DNA from: Candidatus Kapaibacterium sp.
GTDB taxonomy: Bacteria > Bacteroidota > Ignavibacteria > Kapaibacteriales > UBA2268
NCBI GenBank assembly: GCA_963665665.1
Contig: OY762428.1
Location: 4,672,001 to 4,736,000, forward strand
Direction of reading: 5' to 3'
Length of the DNA stretch: 64,000 nucleotides
Shown: piece by piece, positions 1-10,155 of the stretch
How positions within the stretch are numbered: the first letter of the stretch is position 1
How the letters are laid out: every line of letters starts with the position of its first letter
Notes under the pieces: model-generated
What the model was told of the DNA's origin: nothing
The model's database searches: none
Seen by the model: only the letters and a program-made list of their open reading frames with translations
Made by a program: the position numbers and the translations under genes

Positions 1-247
1 CCTGTTCAACAGCTCCCTGAATGGCCTTTACAGTTTTATCGATATTAACTACAACACCCCGGTTTAATCCTTTGCTTTCGGTGATACCGATGCCCAGAAT
101 TTTAATGGAACCGGGTTTCTCGTCATGTTCAGCCACAATACAGCATATCTTTGTTGTGCCTATATCAAGGCCTGCTGTAACATTGCGTATTTTAGCCGGC
201 GGAGCCGGTTCAACATTGTTATTATTTTTGTTTTTTTCGGGGTTCAT
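1..247 (-). CDS. ftsA: Cell division protein FtsA, N-terminal part (truncated by window edge)
   Basis: Manual minus-strand translation from ATG at 247: MNPEKNK...VTAGLDIGTTKICCIVAE...ILGIGITESKGLNRGVVVNIDKTVKAI, the typical FtsA N-terminus; lies directly downstream of ftsQ. Confidence 0.93.
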   Translation of the reverse strand, partial: MNPEKNKNNNNVEPAPPAKIRNVTAGLDIGTTKICCIVAEHDEKPGSIKILGIGITESKGLNRGVVVNIDKTVKAIQGAVEQ

Positions 248-262
248 ATCTCATCCGTATTA

Positions 263-1087
263 CTAACTTACAATTATTTGCTTTTTCCAACGGATATCAT
301 AAACCTTGATATTCCGTGTATTTTTGTTAAATATGTTGTCTGAAAATCTATTTTCATAATAAATCATTTCCAATTTGTCTATCTTTTCGGGAACATTATC
401 AAATCTACCGAATTTAATAATTGATTCCAGCCCGGAACTAATAATTTCAAATGACCTGTCACCGGGATTGAAAATTATTTCAGAAACGAAGGCAAAAAGC
501 GTTTCGCCGCCTTGGTTTTTAATGTCCCTGATTATAGCAAGGGCATCCCTTAATGCCTTTCTGTCTGGTTTGCCTGATATTACAAAATTTCTGAATACCG
601 GCAGGTCGTTATTGTCTTTTAAAAGAACAAAAGGCAGGACATTTGCATTCCCGTCAACAATTCTGATACCTTTGAAACCGTCTGAAAGTATAGCTGCCGG
701 TTTTCTCTCGGTGATCTCAACAGTCAGTTCATTCTGCCCAGAGAACATTGTCCTGGCAAAAGCAACATAGGGATGAGAACCGGCTGCAAGAGAAATTTTC
801 TCAAAATCAATATCAGCTTTGGCTTTTCCCAGTACTTCCTGCCTGATCAAATTTGCAATTTCCGAGGATTTTACTATCCTGTTTCCTTTCACAGTTATTT
901 CACGTATGTCGTTACCGGAATCCCAGTTCGACGAAACAACCGATAGTACAACAAGAACTATACTCATGAAGAGAAGGGCGGCAATAATCCTGAAGCGTTT
1001 TGACGGCAGGTTCTCCCTGCGCCAGAACTTCAAAAATCGAATATTTTTTTTCCGCGCTTCTTCCCACATAAAGCAAAAATCCCCCAT
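263..1087 (-). CDS. ftsQ: Cell division protein FtsQ/DivIB
   Basis: Single N-terminal TM, POTRA-like segment (ITVKGNRIV...HPYV...VEITERKP), C-terminal YDIRWKKQII; upstream of ftsA. Confidence 0.88.
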   Translation of the reverse strand: MGDFCFMWEEARKKNIRFLKFWRRENLPSKRFRIIAALLFMSIVLVVLSVVSSNWDSGNDIREITVKGNRIVKSSEIANLIRQEVLGKAKADIDFEKISLAAGSHPYVAFARTMFSGQNELTVEITERKPAAILSDGFKGIRIVDGNANVLPFVLLKDNNDLPVFRNFVISGKPDRKALRDALAIIRDIKNQGGETLFAFVSEIIFNPGDRSFEIISSGLESIIKFGRFDNVPEKIDKLEMIYYENRFSDNIFNKNTRNIKVYDIRWKKQIIVS

Positions 1088-1572
1088 GCAATTATCATAT
1101 CAGTTTTCAAATACTGCAAATGGTATCGCTGTTTATTATTCCGTATTCCAAGCCGAAAAAACTTTGTCCCTAAGCTAATTACTTTAAATTTCAAGCTTTA
1201 GTTGTTCGGAATATTTTCAATTTTCAGAAGGGAAATCAATAGAAATGAGTTTCCCCTTTATGCTGTCTTCTTTTATCTTCCTTGCCAAAAATACGTTACT
1301 TTATCCACTAATTCAAGTAAAATTTTAACTTTTTTTAATTTTTTTTTCAATTATTTAAATAAAATATTTAATAAAATTCATAATCTCTATATATTTTAAT
1401 AAATTACATTTAAAGTGATTATTTTCACAAGTAAGTAAAAATTTAAATGTTCATGTTAATTCATAAATATATTGATCTTTGCTGCTAACAATTTTAGATT
1501 ATTCGATTTATAAACGTCAATAATTCAGAAATTGCTTAAATAAAATATATTTAATGAACAATTTGCAGTTAA

Positions 1573-2358
1573 TCACAAAGCCCTTAAAAAACCGCCGTCC
1601 ACAGGCAGGTTGATTCCTGTAATGAAAGCAGCCTGTTCGGATGCAAGAAATCCTGCTGCTGCTGCCAATTCTTCAGGCAGCCCCAGGCGTCCGATCGGGT
1701 TTTGTGACATTATTTCATTCTCAATCTCTTCAATACAGCGATTTTCGTTCTTCGCCCGGTTTGAAATCAGGGAATCCAGCCTCTCCGTTTTGGTATGTCC
1801 CGGAAGTAAATTATTGACGGTAATACCATATTGGCCAATTTCACGAGATAAAGTTTTTGCCCAGCTTGCCATTGCACCGCGTAAAGTGTTGGAAACTCCG
1901 AGATTTTCAATTGGCTGCTTAACCCCAATTGAAATTACATTGATTATCCTTCCGAACTCAGAGTTTTTCATTCCCGGAAGAAGTGCCTGAACCAAAAGCT
2001 GGCTCATTATCAGGTGACGTGTAAAAGCATTATAAAATTCAACGGGTTTAGCTATGTTTACTGGGCCTGGAGCCGGGCCTCCGGTGTTATTTACCAGAAT
2101 CTGGTATTCCATACCGCCGTCGAGAATAGTATTAATATCTTCGATAACCTTTTCAGGTTCGGAAAAATCGGCTGTAAGAAATTCATGAGCACCTCCGTAT
2201 TGGCTCATTTCATCGACGACCTCCTGTAATGCATGGCTGTTTCTTGCCAGAACAGTTACATTTGCACCCATTTCTGCAAGCTGCAAAGCAATTGCCCTGC
2301 CAATACCTTTCGATGCTCCGCAAACAAGGGCATTACGTTTGTCTATTCTTAAATCCAT
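1573..2358 (-). CDS. Short-chain dehydrogenase/reductase (FabG-like)
   Basis: CGASKGIG Rossmann motif, LVNNTGGP, SNTLR in place of YxxxK, C-terminal ITGINLPVDGG; likely start MDLRI at 2358. Confidence 0.9.
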   Translation of the reverse strand: MDLRIDKRNALVCGASKGIGRAIALQLAEMGANVTVLARNSHALQEVVDEMSQYGGAHEFLTADFSEPEKVIEDINTILDGGMEYQILVNNTGGPAPGPVNIAKPVEFYNAFTRHLIMSQLLVQALLPGMKNSEFGRIINVISIGVKQPIENLGVSNTLRGAMASWAKTLSREIGQYGITVNNLLPGHTKTERLDSLISNRAKNENRCIEEIENEIMSQNPIGRLGLPEELAAAAGFLASEQAAFITGINLPVDGGFLRAL

Positions 2359-2470
2359 TATATTCCTCTGAGTTAATATTATAAAAAATAAAAATATCCT
2401 GAGACCTTTTTCCAATTAAAGTGTCATTATTATCAGGACACTTTTTTATACACAAAGTTAAGAAATCAAC

Positions 2471-5131
2471 ATGAAATCACTTTGCCCAATTTTAGTAATG
2501 GTTTTTATTTTTTTCGGAATTACACTCAAAGCCGATGAAAATAGACCAAATGCAAGCTATCGCCTGGTTGGCGAGCATTTGAATGTTGTGATTGAAGCAG
2601 GTAAGACTAACAGGATAGAATATCTGAAGAATTTGTCCGGTTACGATTTCCGGATTTTAAACAATTCAAATTCTGTTCCGGAATTCAGTTTAAAACCGAT
2701 TGAAGAAGCTAATGGCAGACAGTTAATAAATTCAATTTCGGGCAGCCAAGTTTCTATCAGGGATTTGAACGGAAAATACTTATTATCCATTAACAACTCT
2801 GAAAGAAGCAATAATGCGGAATATATACTTGAATTTATTCCTGTCAATATACAACAACCTGGAAAAAACAAGGATGAAGCGCTAAGTGAAGAGCCGGATT
2901 CTGATCTATGGATTAATAATGGAGCCATAGCAGCTGATGGCAGGATATACAATTGTAGATACCAGCAGCAGTCCTGGAGTGTCAGCAATTCAAATGACTC
3001 GCTTCAATTTGCTTATAGAGAAGACAAAGTTATTGTTATGGACAGGTTTTATCAGGATGGTACTCTCCATAATCCGGATGGCTATGGCGGAGATATTCTT
3101 GCTTCACATGTTAATGATCTGAGAGGTAAATACGGCACATGGCTGAATTTCAATCTCAAAAGAGGAGCTAGTTGGAGTTCCCACCGGGGATTGATTTATC
3201 AGCAACTCAATGAACCTGAATGGCTCGTGACTGACGTTAATGGAGAAATATTGAGACAACCTGATAGAATTATTGTTGAAATGATTGCAGCCCACGAGGA
3301 CAGCTTGTTCCAGTTGACAAATGTTCCCGACAGCCTTTGGAGGAAAATTCCGGCGAGGCATGGGCGTGAGGCTTCTAACAACTCATACCTTACTATATAC
3401 GGGGGGGGCGGATATGAACGTGGTACTTTGTTCACTGATCCCGATTCGGTTTTAAATGCCGGAGATGGAATTGTACTTGACCCGTTTGATATCGGAAGCG
3501 ATGATTTTTTTCATCCATGGATAGTTCCTGTTCCGGATACCCTGATTAAAAGAGGTTTTCTCAGGTTTCGGTTCAGAGTTGATGCTAAAGATAATTCTAA
3601 CGGGAGTACGTACTACAATGATGATCCTGATTATTTTATACTTGATAATATTGACCTGACACCCCCCGTTGAAGGTTTTGACGTGCAGGCGATTGCTTTG
3701 GTTCCTGATATGAATTTTATTTTTTACCCACTGAGTCATCCGTTTGAAATCCCTCTTAAGGCATACATACACAATAAAATGCAGACCAGTTCGCCGGAAT
3801 TGACTCTTGTTGGACGGGTAAGCATCGGTTGGGATGAATTTCCAGAAGTGATTGACCCAGAATCTGTCGGGGCCTATGGCAGAAAGGTTCAGATTCCCCC
3901 GATTCCCCCCGGGGCATTAGTCGAAGTTGAATTTCCACCAGTTCCTATAAGGGGGCAAAATATTTATCCTATTTATGATGAAAAATGGTCATTGGCAATG
4001 CTGAATATCGAAATTCCAGGTGGAGATATTGATATCAGCAACGATACAGTTTTCACACAATTCAAAATGTTTTTCGATTCATTTTTTGGATATGACATTG
4101 CGAATGGTAATCAACCGCGTTATTTATTTGGGGATTATGGATTGTCTCTTCCGGGATATTCATCTCCCTATAACGAGGAAATATATCAGATATACGGAGG
4201 TAGAAACGGCCCGGGAGGAGAAATTGCAGTAAAATTCCCAATATTTGAGAAAGATACGGTTGCAGGATTTCAACTTAGTTTTGCAAAGCTGATAAATCCG
4301 CCGTCAGAATTTGAATTGGCTATCTATACTGACGAGAATGGTATGCCAGGAGAAGTAATCGATAGCACAGTTTTATTAAAAATTCGGGGCAAGGTTGATG
4401 AATATTACCGTGAGATGGGGAATTACTACTATGGGATAAAGGACAGGACAGGAATGATAATAAATCCTCCGATTCTTGAAAAGGGCGATTACTGGGCAGT
4501 AATAAGGCAGTTAGACGATACTCCCATTAATCTTGGTTATAGCGCAGTTCGAAATGGAATGAAAGTAATGCAGGTTGATACCGAAGGTGAAGGCAAAAAT
4601 AATATTAATATTTTTTACAATGCAAGCAGGATCATAAATGAAATTTCTAATACAACAGGAATGCCTGTTTGCAGTAATAAAACTATTTTTGCCTACAGAA
4701 ATGAAGGGGATGAAGAGTGGACTTCATTCAGCCCCACTATTGGTAATCCTGGTTACGGATCCCGGGATATATCCGGCAGATATGCAGAGGAGGATTTGGA
4801 TACTTTATACACATATTCCAGAGGAACTTTCGCGCCCGTTCTCAGAATATTAATGGATCCCGGGCAGATCCCTGTTGGTATTGAAGATTCGGATATTGAA
4901 AACGATGAGATATCATTTTATCCCAACCCGGCGAGCGATTATATCAGGATATCAAATAATGATTGTATAAAAACCGCAACTGTGGAAATTTATGATATGC
5001 AGGGTAACAGAATGAATTGTAGTGAGATATCTGCAGGGGTTTACGATATCAGAAATCTAATTGCAGGGCCGTATATTTTTATTGTAAACAAGGGTGGGGA
5101 TTTCCATCAGGAAATAATTATTAAAGACTGA
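2471..5131 (+). CDS. Large secreted protein with T9SS type A C-terminal sorting domain
   Basis: Signal peptide; C-terminal FYPNPASDYI...YDMQG...GPYIF...IIIKD; paralog of the next gene. Confidence 0.85.
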   Translation: MKSLCPILVMVFIFFGITLKADENRPNASYRLVGEHLNVVIEAGKTNRIEYLKNLSGYDFRILNNSNSVPEFSLKPIEEANGRQLINSISGSQVSIRDLNGKYLLSINNSERSNNAEYILEFIPVNIQQPGKNKDEALSEEPDSDLWINNGAIAADGRIYNCRYQQQSWSVSNSNDSLQFAYREDKVIVMDRFYQDGTLHNPDGYGGDILASHVNDLRGKYGTWLNFNLKRGASWSSHRGLIYQQLNEPEWLVTDVNGEILRQPDRIIVEMIAAHEDSLFQLTNVPDSLWRKIPARHGREASNNSYLTIYGGGGYERGTLFTDPDSVLNAGDGIVLDPFDIGSDDFFHPWIVPVPDTLIKRGFLRFRFRVDAKDNSNGSTYYNDDPDYFILDNIDLTPPVEGFDVQAIALVPDMNFIFYPLSHPFEIPLKAYIHNKMQTSSPELTLVGRVSIGWDEFPEVIDPESVGAYGRKVQIPPIPPGALVEVEFPPVPIRGQNIYPIYDEKWSLAMLNIEIPGGDIDISNDTVFTQFKMFFDSFFGYDIANGNQPRYLFGDYGLSLPGYSSPYNEEIYQIYGGRNGPGGEIAVKFPIFEKDTVAGFQLSFAKLINPPSEFELAIYTDENGMPGEVIDSTVLLKIRGKVDEYYREMGNYYYGIKDRTGMIINPPILEKGDYWAVIRQLDDTPINLGYSAVRNGMKVMQVDTEGEGKNNINIFYNASRIINEISNTTGMPVCSNKTIFAYRNEGDEEWTSFSPTIGNPGYGSRDISGRYAEEDLDTLYTYSRGTFAPVLRILMDPGQIPVGIEDSDIENDEISFYPNPASDYIRISNNDCIKTATVEIYDMQGNRMNCSEISAGVYDIRNLIAGPYIFIVNKGGDFHQEIIIKD

Positions 5132-5162
5132 GATTTCTTTTATTTTTTAAAGGGTGATAATC

Positions 5163-7859
5163 ATGAAAAAATACTACTCCATATTAATGATCATTTTGAC
5201 AACATCATTTGCTTTTGCAGGAATTAACAGTTCCAATGATAGCTACAACCTGATTGGTGAACATTTGAATGTTGTGATTGAAGCAGGTAAGACTAACAGG
5301 ATTGAATATCTGAAGAATTCTTCCGGTTACGATTTTCAAATTCTTAATAATTCTAATACATCTCAGAAATTTAGTTTAAAACTGATTGAAGAAGTTAACG
5401 GCGGGCAGGTAATAAATTCAATTTCGGGAAGCCTTTTTTCTATCAGGAATTTGAACGGTAAATATTTATTATCAATTAAAAATTCCGATAAAACAAATAC
5501 TAAGGAATTTATTGTTGAATTCATTCCAATTGATATTGTAGGTAAGTCCGAAAAGAATCAAGATAAAACCCTTAATGAGGAACCGGATCCCTATCTATGG
5601 ATTAATAATGGCGCTCATGTGGTAGACGGAAAATACTTTTGTAAATATCAGCAGCAATCACACAGAATTATTAGCGAAGCCGGTAAATTAAAAATTGAGG
5701 ATAGGGAAGATAAGGTTATTGTGATGGACAGGATGGATATTGATGGTAATCAGCATAATGCTGAAGGTTATGGGGGAGATGTCCTTTCATCTCATATTAA
5801 TGATGTCAGTGAAAAATACTCAAGCTGGATCAGTTTTAGTCTGCAAAGGGGTATTTACAGAAGCTTTGACCGTGGATGGAATGATAATTACCTGAAAGGG
5901 CCGGAATGGTTGGTAAAAGACCTGAATGGCGAAATTCTGCGGCAGCCGGACAGAATTGTTGTAGAAATGATTGCCGCCAGCGAGGATAGCTTGTTCCAGC
6001 TGACCAATGTTCCCGATAGTGTATGGATGAAAATTCCAGCAAGGTACGGGCGCGAAGCAGTAAAAAATTCATACCTGAAGATATACGGCGGTGGCGGTTA
6101 TGAAAGGGCAAATTTATATTTCGATCCTGACTCGGTTTTAGACCCCGGCGAAGGGATTGTTTTAGATCCAAACGATATTGGCAGTGATGATTTCTTTCAT
6201 CCCTGGAGAGTTCCCATTCCTGATACGCTTATAAATAAGGGTTTCATCAGGTTTAGGTTCAGGGTGGAAGCCGTAGACAACTCGCCTGAGGGCTATTATT
6301 CTTATGATGATTATGATGAATTTCTTCTTGATAACATTGAACTGGGAAGCCCGGTGGAAGGTTCTGATGTTCAGGCAATAGCTTTAGTACCGGAATTAAA
6401 TTACTCATATTATACATTGAACCATCCGTTCCGAATTCCACTAAAAGCTTATGTTCAGAATACTATGGGCATAATGTCGCCAAATTTCAACATTATGGCA
6501 AGAGTATGGAAATCCAAAGATGACGTTCCCAGATTAATAGATACCGGGTTTAGTCTTTATTTTAGTCACCCTTATGGAAGATTTTTAACTGTTCCCGGAG
6601 TTCCCGCTGAATCATTAATGGAATTTGAAATGCCGGCAATTAATTATGATGAAATGAAAGATTATATTGAGCCCGGAATGAATCATTTCTTTGCAATGCT
6701 GAATATAGAAATGCCGGGGGGAGATATATTTGCTTCGAATGATACGGTTTTCACTGAATTTGATATTTGGTTTGATGATTTTCTTGCTTATGATTTTCCA
6801 CTGGGTGGGATGCCGGATAATTATAACAGTGTTGATGAATTCACTGCCGATTGGTATGGCCTTGCCCTGCCCGGATATTCTTCACCCTATAATAATGAGA
6901 TATTTCAAATAGCCGGAGGGCAGCAAGGTCCCGGAGGCGAAATAGCTGTGAAATTTACAATGCACCAAAAGGATACTGTTGCAGGATTTAAAACCTATTT
7001 TACAAGAAATGCTTCCGGGCCTGATAGTTTTGAATTAGCAATTTACAATGATAATAATGGTTTTCCCGGGGAAGAAATTGAATCAACTAAACTTGAAAAA
7101 AATAAATTTTTTGACGATGCTGATAATGAGTATAAACCCGAAGAGCTGATAAATTACTATTACGGAATTAAGGATAATACCGGAGAGATAATACATCCGC
7201 CAATTCTGGAAGCAGGTGATTACTGGGTAGTTGTCAGGCAATTGGGTAATACACCATTAAATATCGGAGGCAGTGCTTTCAGGTGCGGAATGAAAGTTAT
7301 GCAAGTGGATTCTGAAGGCGAAGGTGTAAACAATATTAATATATTCGTTGATCCCAATATATCAAATTTGAATATTTCAGATGAAACCGGATTACCTGGC
7401 TACAGTAATAAAACTATATTTGCTTACAGAAATGACGGTGATGAAGAGTGGACATCATTCAGCCCAAATACGGGAAATCCCGGCTACGGCCATTTGAATA
7501 TTTACGGAAACGTGGTAAGGAATTCAGATACAATGCATACATATACCCGTGGTACGTTTGCACCTGTTCTAAGGCTGATAATGGATATGGAACAAATACC
7601 TGTTGGCGTTGAAGAAACAGCTACAGATAATACGGGCATTTCAATTTATCCAAATCCTTCAAAGGATTTCATTATGATAACACAGAAAAATAAATCAATT
7701 AATACAAACATCGAAATATTTGATTTGTCAGGTAATAGGATGGATTGCAGAGAAATATCAGATGGAATATATGATTTGCGAGATTTATCATCAGGGGCTT
7801 ATATCATTTTGATAAATAATAATGGAAATATTTCTCATAAAATTATTATAAAGGAATAG
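5163..7859 (+). CDS. Large secreted protein with T9SS type A C-terminal sorting domain (tandem paralog)
   Basis: Signal peptide; IYPNPSKDFI...FDLSG...GAYII...KIIIKE; shares motifs with 2471-5131 along its whole length (EDKVIVMDR, IGSDDFFHPW, GGEIAVKF, RGTFAPVLR). Confidence 0.85.
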   Translation: MKKYYSILMIILTTSFAFAGINSSNDSYNLIGEHLNVVIEAGKTNRIEYLKNSSGYDFQILNNSNTSQKFSLKLIEEVNGGQVINSISGSLFSIRNLNGKYLLSIKNSDKTNTKEFIVEFIPIDIVGKSEKNQDKTLNEEPDPYLWINNGAHVVDGKYFCKYQQQSHRIISEAGKLKIEDREDKVIVMDRMDIDGNQHNAEGYGGDVLSSHINDVSEKYSSWISFSLQRGIYRSFDRGWNDNYLKGPEWLVKDLNGEILRQPDRIVVEMIAASEDSLFQLTNVPDSVWMKIPARYGREAVKNSYLKIYGGGGYERANLYFDPDSVLDPGEGIVLDPNDIGSDDFFHPWRVPIPDTLINKGFIRFRFRVEAVDNSPEGYYSYDDYDEFLLDNIELGSPVEGSDVQAIALVPELNYSYYTLNHPFRIPLKAYVQNTMGIMSPNFNIMARVWKSKDDVPRLIDTGFSLYFSHPYGRFLTVPGVPAESLMEFEMPAINYDEMKDYIEPGMNHFFAMLNIEMPGGDIFASNDTVFTEFDIWFDDFLAYDFPLGGMPDNYNSVDEFTADWYGLALPGYSSPYNNEIFQIAGGQQGPGGEIAVKFTMHQKDTVAGFKTYFTRNASGPDSFELAIYNDNNGFPGEEIESTKLEKNKFFDDADNEYKPEELINYYYGIKDNTGEIIHPPILEAGDYWVVVRQLGNTPLNIGGSAFRCGMKVMQVDSEGEGVNNINIFVDPNISNLNISDETGLPGYSNKTIFAYRNDGDEEWTSFSPNTGNPGYGHLNIYGNVVRNSDTMHTYTRGTFAPVLRLIMDMEQIPVGVEETATDNTGISIYPNPSKDFIMITQKNKSINTNIEIFDLSGNRMDCREISDGIYDLRDLSSGAYIILINNNGNISHKIIIKE

Positions 7860-7911
7860 AAAATTTTATGGAATAGGTGATTATTAAAATATGTATATGT
7901 AATAAAGTATG

Positions 7912-7940
7912 GTGGGATGCGCTTTCAAAACGTATCCCAC
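7912..7940. repeat. GC-rich hairpin (REP-like or terminator)
   Basis: GTGGGATGCG-N9-CGTATCCCAC inverted repeat downstream of the 5163-7859 gene. Confidence 0.5.
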
Positions 7941-8023
7941 TTTGTGTATATATATGTGGAATATCGGTTTTCATTACTATGTTTACATGATATTTTACGA
8001 AATCAAAAAAAATATTTTTTTAA

Positions 8024-10094
8024 CCCAACTTGCATCACGAGGAAGTAAAAAAAATTTAAAACAGCCCAATTTGCCATTTGGGCAAGTGTAAGTTATTGAA
8101 ATGTGGTTGTCGGATTATTGGGTTTGTTGAATGTAGTGGAGTATGGTGTGGATAACTATATTTGGATATAATATAACTATTCCGTATATTACGCGTATGT
8201 ATATAAAAGAGATAAATAAAAGAAACAAGCCCGGCGGAAAAACATTCAAGTACTTCCAGCTTACAGAGGCTGTCAGGGTTGGCAAGAAAACAATGCAGCG
8301 CGTAGTGCTCTATCTCGGATATGACAGTGTATTAGAAGATAAAGATAAACGCCGCACAGTGGGCAAGCTTCTGGAAGCAAAGATCACGGGAAAAGAAGAA
8401 CTGTCAAAAGAATTTCTGAAAGTTCCTGCAAGGATAACAAAGCTGGTTGATGCTTTATACCTGAAGTACCTGCAAAAGAACAAATCCGAAGAGGATAAGG
8501 AAAAGGAAAGGCAGGCAGAGGAAGCACGTTTTGAGCCTGTTGACCTAAGTTCCCTGCAACTGTCGGATTCCAAAGAAATAGGAGCAGAGGCAATATCGCT
8601 TGGCATGCTTGACCGCATAGGCATAGGTGGCTTCCTGGAGCGTAAGGGCTGGATCCGTCGAGATATAGACCGTGCGAGGATAAGCATAGTAAGCAGGGCA
8701 GTATTCGCATCGTCAGAGAACAGGACAGACTACTGGCTAAGGAAAGTAAGCGGGCTGATGGAACTTTTTCCCGCAAGCACTGTTCTGCCGAACCGGAATC
8801 ACCTGTATAAAGCCTCCTCCATGCTGTATGAGCTCAAAGACGAACTTGAGACATTCATCTACGAGCGTCTCGGAAGCATGTTCGATGTTGATGATAAGAT
8901 AGTAATATACGACCTGACAAACACATACTTCGAGGGAAGAAAAGAAAACAGTAAAATAGCAAAATTCGGCAGAAGCAAGGAAAAAAGAAGCGACTGCCGG
9001 CTGGTTGTACTTGCAGCAGTTATTAACCGTCAGGGATTTCTGAAACACAGCAAAATATACGAGGGCAATATGAGTGACCCCGAAACTGTTGTCGATATGG
9101 TAACAAATCTCGACGGCAGCAAAGGCTCCTCATCGCCTCTTGTGGTAATGGACGCTGGAATCGCCACGGAAGATAACCTTACGATGCTAAGAAATAAAGG
9201 ATACAAATACGTTTGCGTTGCAAGGAGCAAGCCGGGAAAAGAAGACTTGCCTAAGGATACCCCGCCCTTTGTTACCGAAGATAAACGCCACGGAAAGATC
9301 AAACTGCGTTTCATGAAAATGATAAGCAAACCGGACAGATGGGTTCAGGTTGAAAGTAGCGGAAAGAAAAAAAAGGAAGAATCCATGCATGACAAAGCTG
9401 CGGAGAAGTTTGAAACAGAACTGAAAGGCGTTGATAAAGCTACAAGAACAAAAGGCGGAACAAAGAGAATAGAGAAAGTTTGGGAAAGGCTCGGCAGGAT
9501 AAAGGAAAGGAACAAACGCGTTGCCAAATATTACAATATTGAAGTGATCAGCCAGGGAAATATCGTAACCCGGATAAAATGGAATAAGAAAAAAATAAAA
9601 GAAAGCAGGGGCAGCGGAACATACTACCTCAGAACCAACAGCGCCCTGAATAGTGAGAAAGAAATATGGGATACCTACAATACTGTACGCGACGTTGAAT
9701 CAACATTCCGATGCCTGAAAACAGATCTGAATCTGCGTCCGGTATTCCACCAGAAAGACGAGAACGTCGAGGCTCACCTCCATCTTGGCCTGCTGGCCTA
9801 CAACATAGTAGCCCCGATACGTTACATGTTGAAACAGAAAGGTATAAACAACGCATGGCGTAACATTGTCCTGACAATGAACACGCAGAAGGTCGGCTCG
9901 GCTGAGCTTGAAACCCGCGATCGGGGCAAGGTCGTCATCAGAACCTGCACGCGCCCGTCAAGGGAGGTGCTGGAAATATATCAGGCCCTGGGGATGTCCT
10001 CGATGCCGGTGGCAAGAAAAAATTTGTAGTGACCAATCGGGAAAATTCCCTCCTGTATTGACAGGCACTTAGCTCCATACTGGTGCAAGTTGGG
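8024..10094 (+). mobile_element. IS1634-family insertion sequence
   Basis: Terminal inverted repeats CCCAACTTGCATCA (8024-8037) and TGGTGCAAGTTGGG (10081-10094), 13/14 match; TTAA on both outer sides; visibly higher GC than flanks; encodes a DDE transposase. Confidence 0.88.
8197..10029 (+). CDS. IS1634-family DDE transposase
   Basis: YDLTNTYFEG, FGRSKEKRSDC, VMDAGIA, VESTFRCLKTDLNLRPVFHQ motifs; likely start MYIKE at 8197. Confidence 0.92.
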   Translation: MYIKEINKRNKPGGKTFKYFQLTEAVRVGKKTMQRVVLYLGYDSVLEDKDKRRTVGKLLEAKITGKEELSKEFLKVPARITKLVDALYLKYLQKNKSEEDKEKERQAEEARFEPVDLSSLQLSDSKEIGAEAISLGMLDRIGIGGFLERKGWIRRDIDRARISIVSRAVFASSENRTDYWLRKVSGLMELFPASTVLPNRNHLYKASSMLYELKDELETFIYERLGSMFDVDDKIVIYDLTNTYFEGRKENSKIAKFGRSKEKRSDCRLVVLAAVINRQGFLKHSKIYEGNMSDPETVVDMVTNLDGSKGSSSPLVVMDAGIATEDNLTMLRNKGYKYVCVARSKPGKEDLPKDTPPFVTEDKRHGKIKLRFMKMISKPDRWVQVESSGKKKKEESMHDKAAEKFETELKGVDKATRTKGGTKRIEKVWERLGRIKERNKRVAKYYNIEVISQGNIVTRIKWNKKKIKESRGSGTYYLRTNSALNSEKEIWDTYNTVRDVESTFRCLKTDLNLRPVFHQKDENVEAHLHLGLLAYNIVAPIRYMLKQKGINNAWRNIVLTMNTQKVGSAELETRDRGKVVIRTCTRPSREVLEIYQALGMSSMPVARKNL

Positions 10095-10155
10095 TTAAAA
10101 TCGGGCTAATTTGGTAATTTCGGAAGTAATTTATCATCAACAACCGGAGATTCAC

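Noticed and set aside
1200-1570. Replication origin in the AT-rich spacer
   Set aside because: Only one imperfect DnaA box (TTATCCACT, 1301-1309), no box cluster and no dnaA/dnaN nearby
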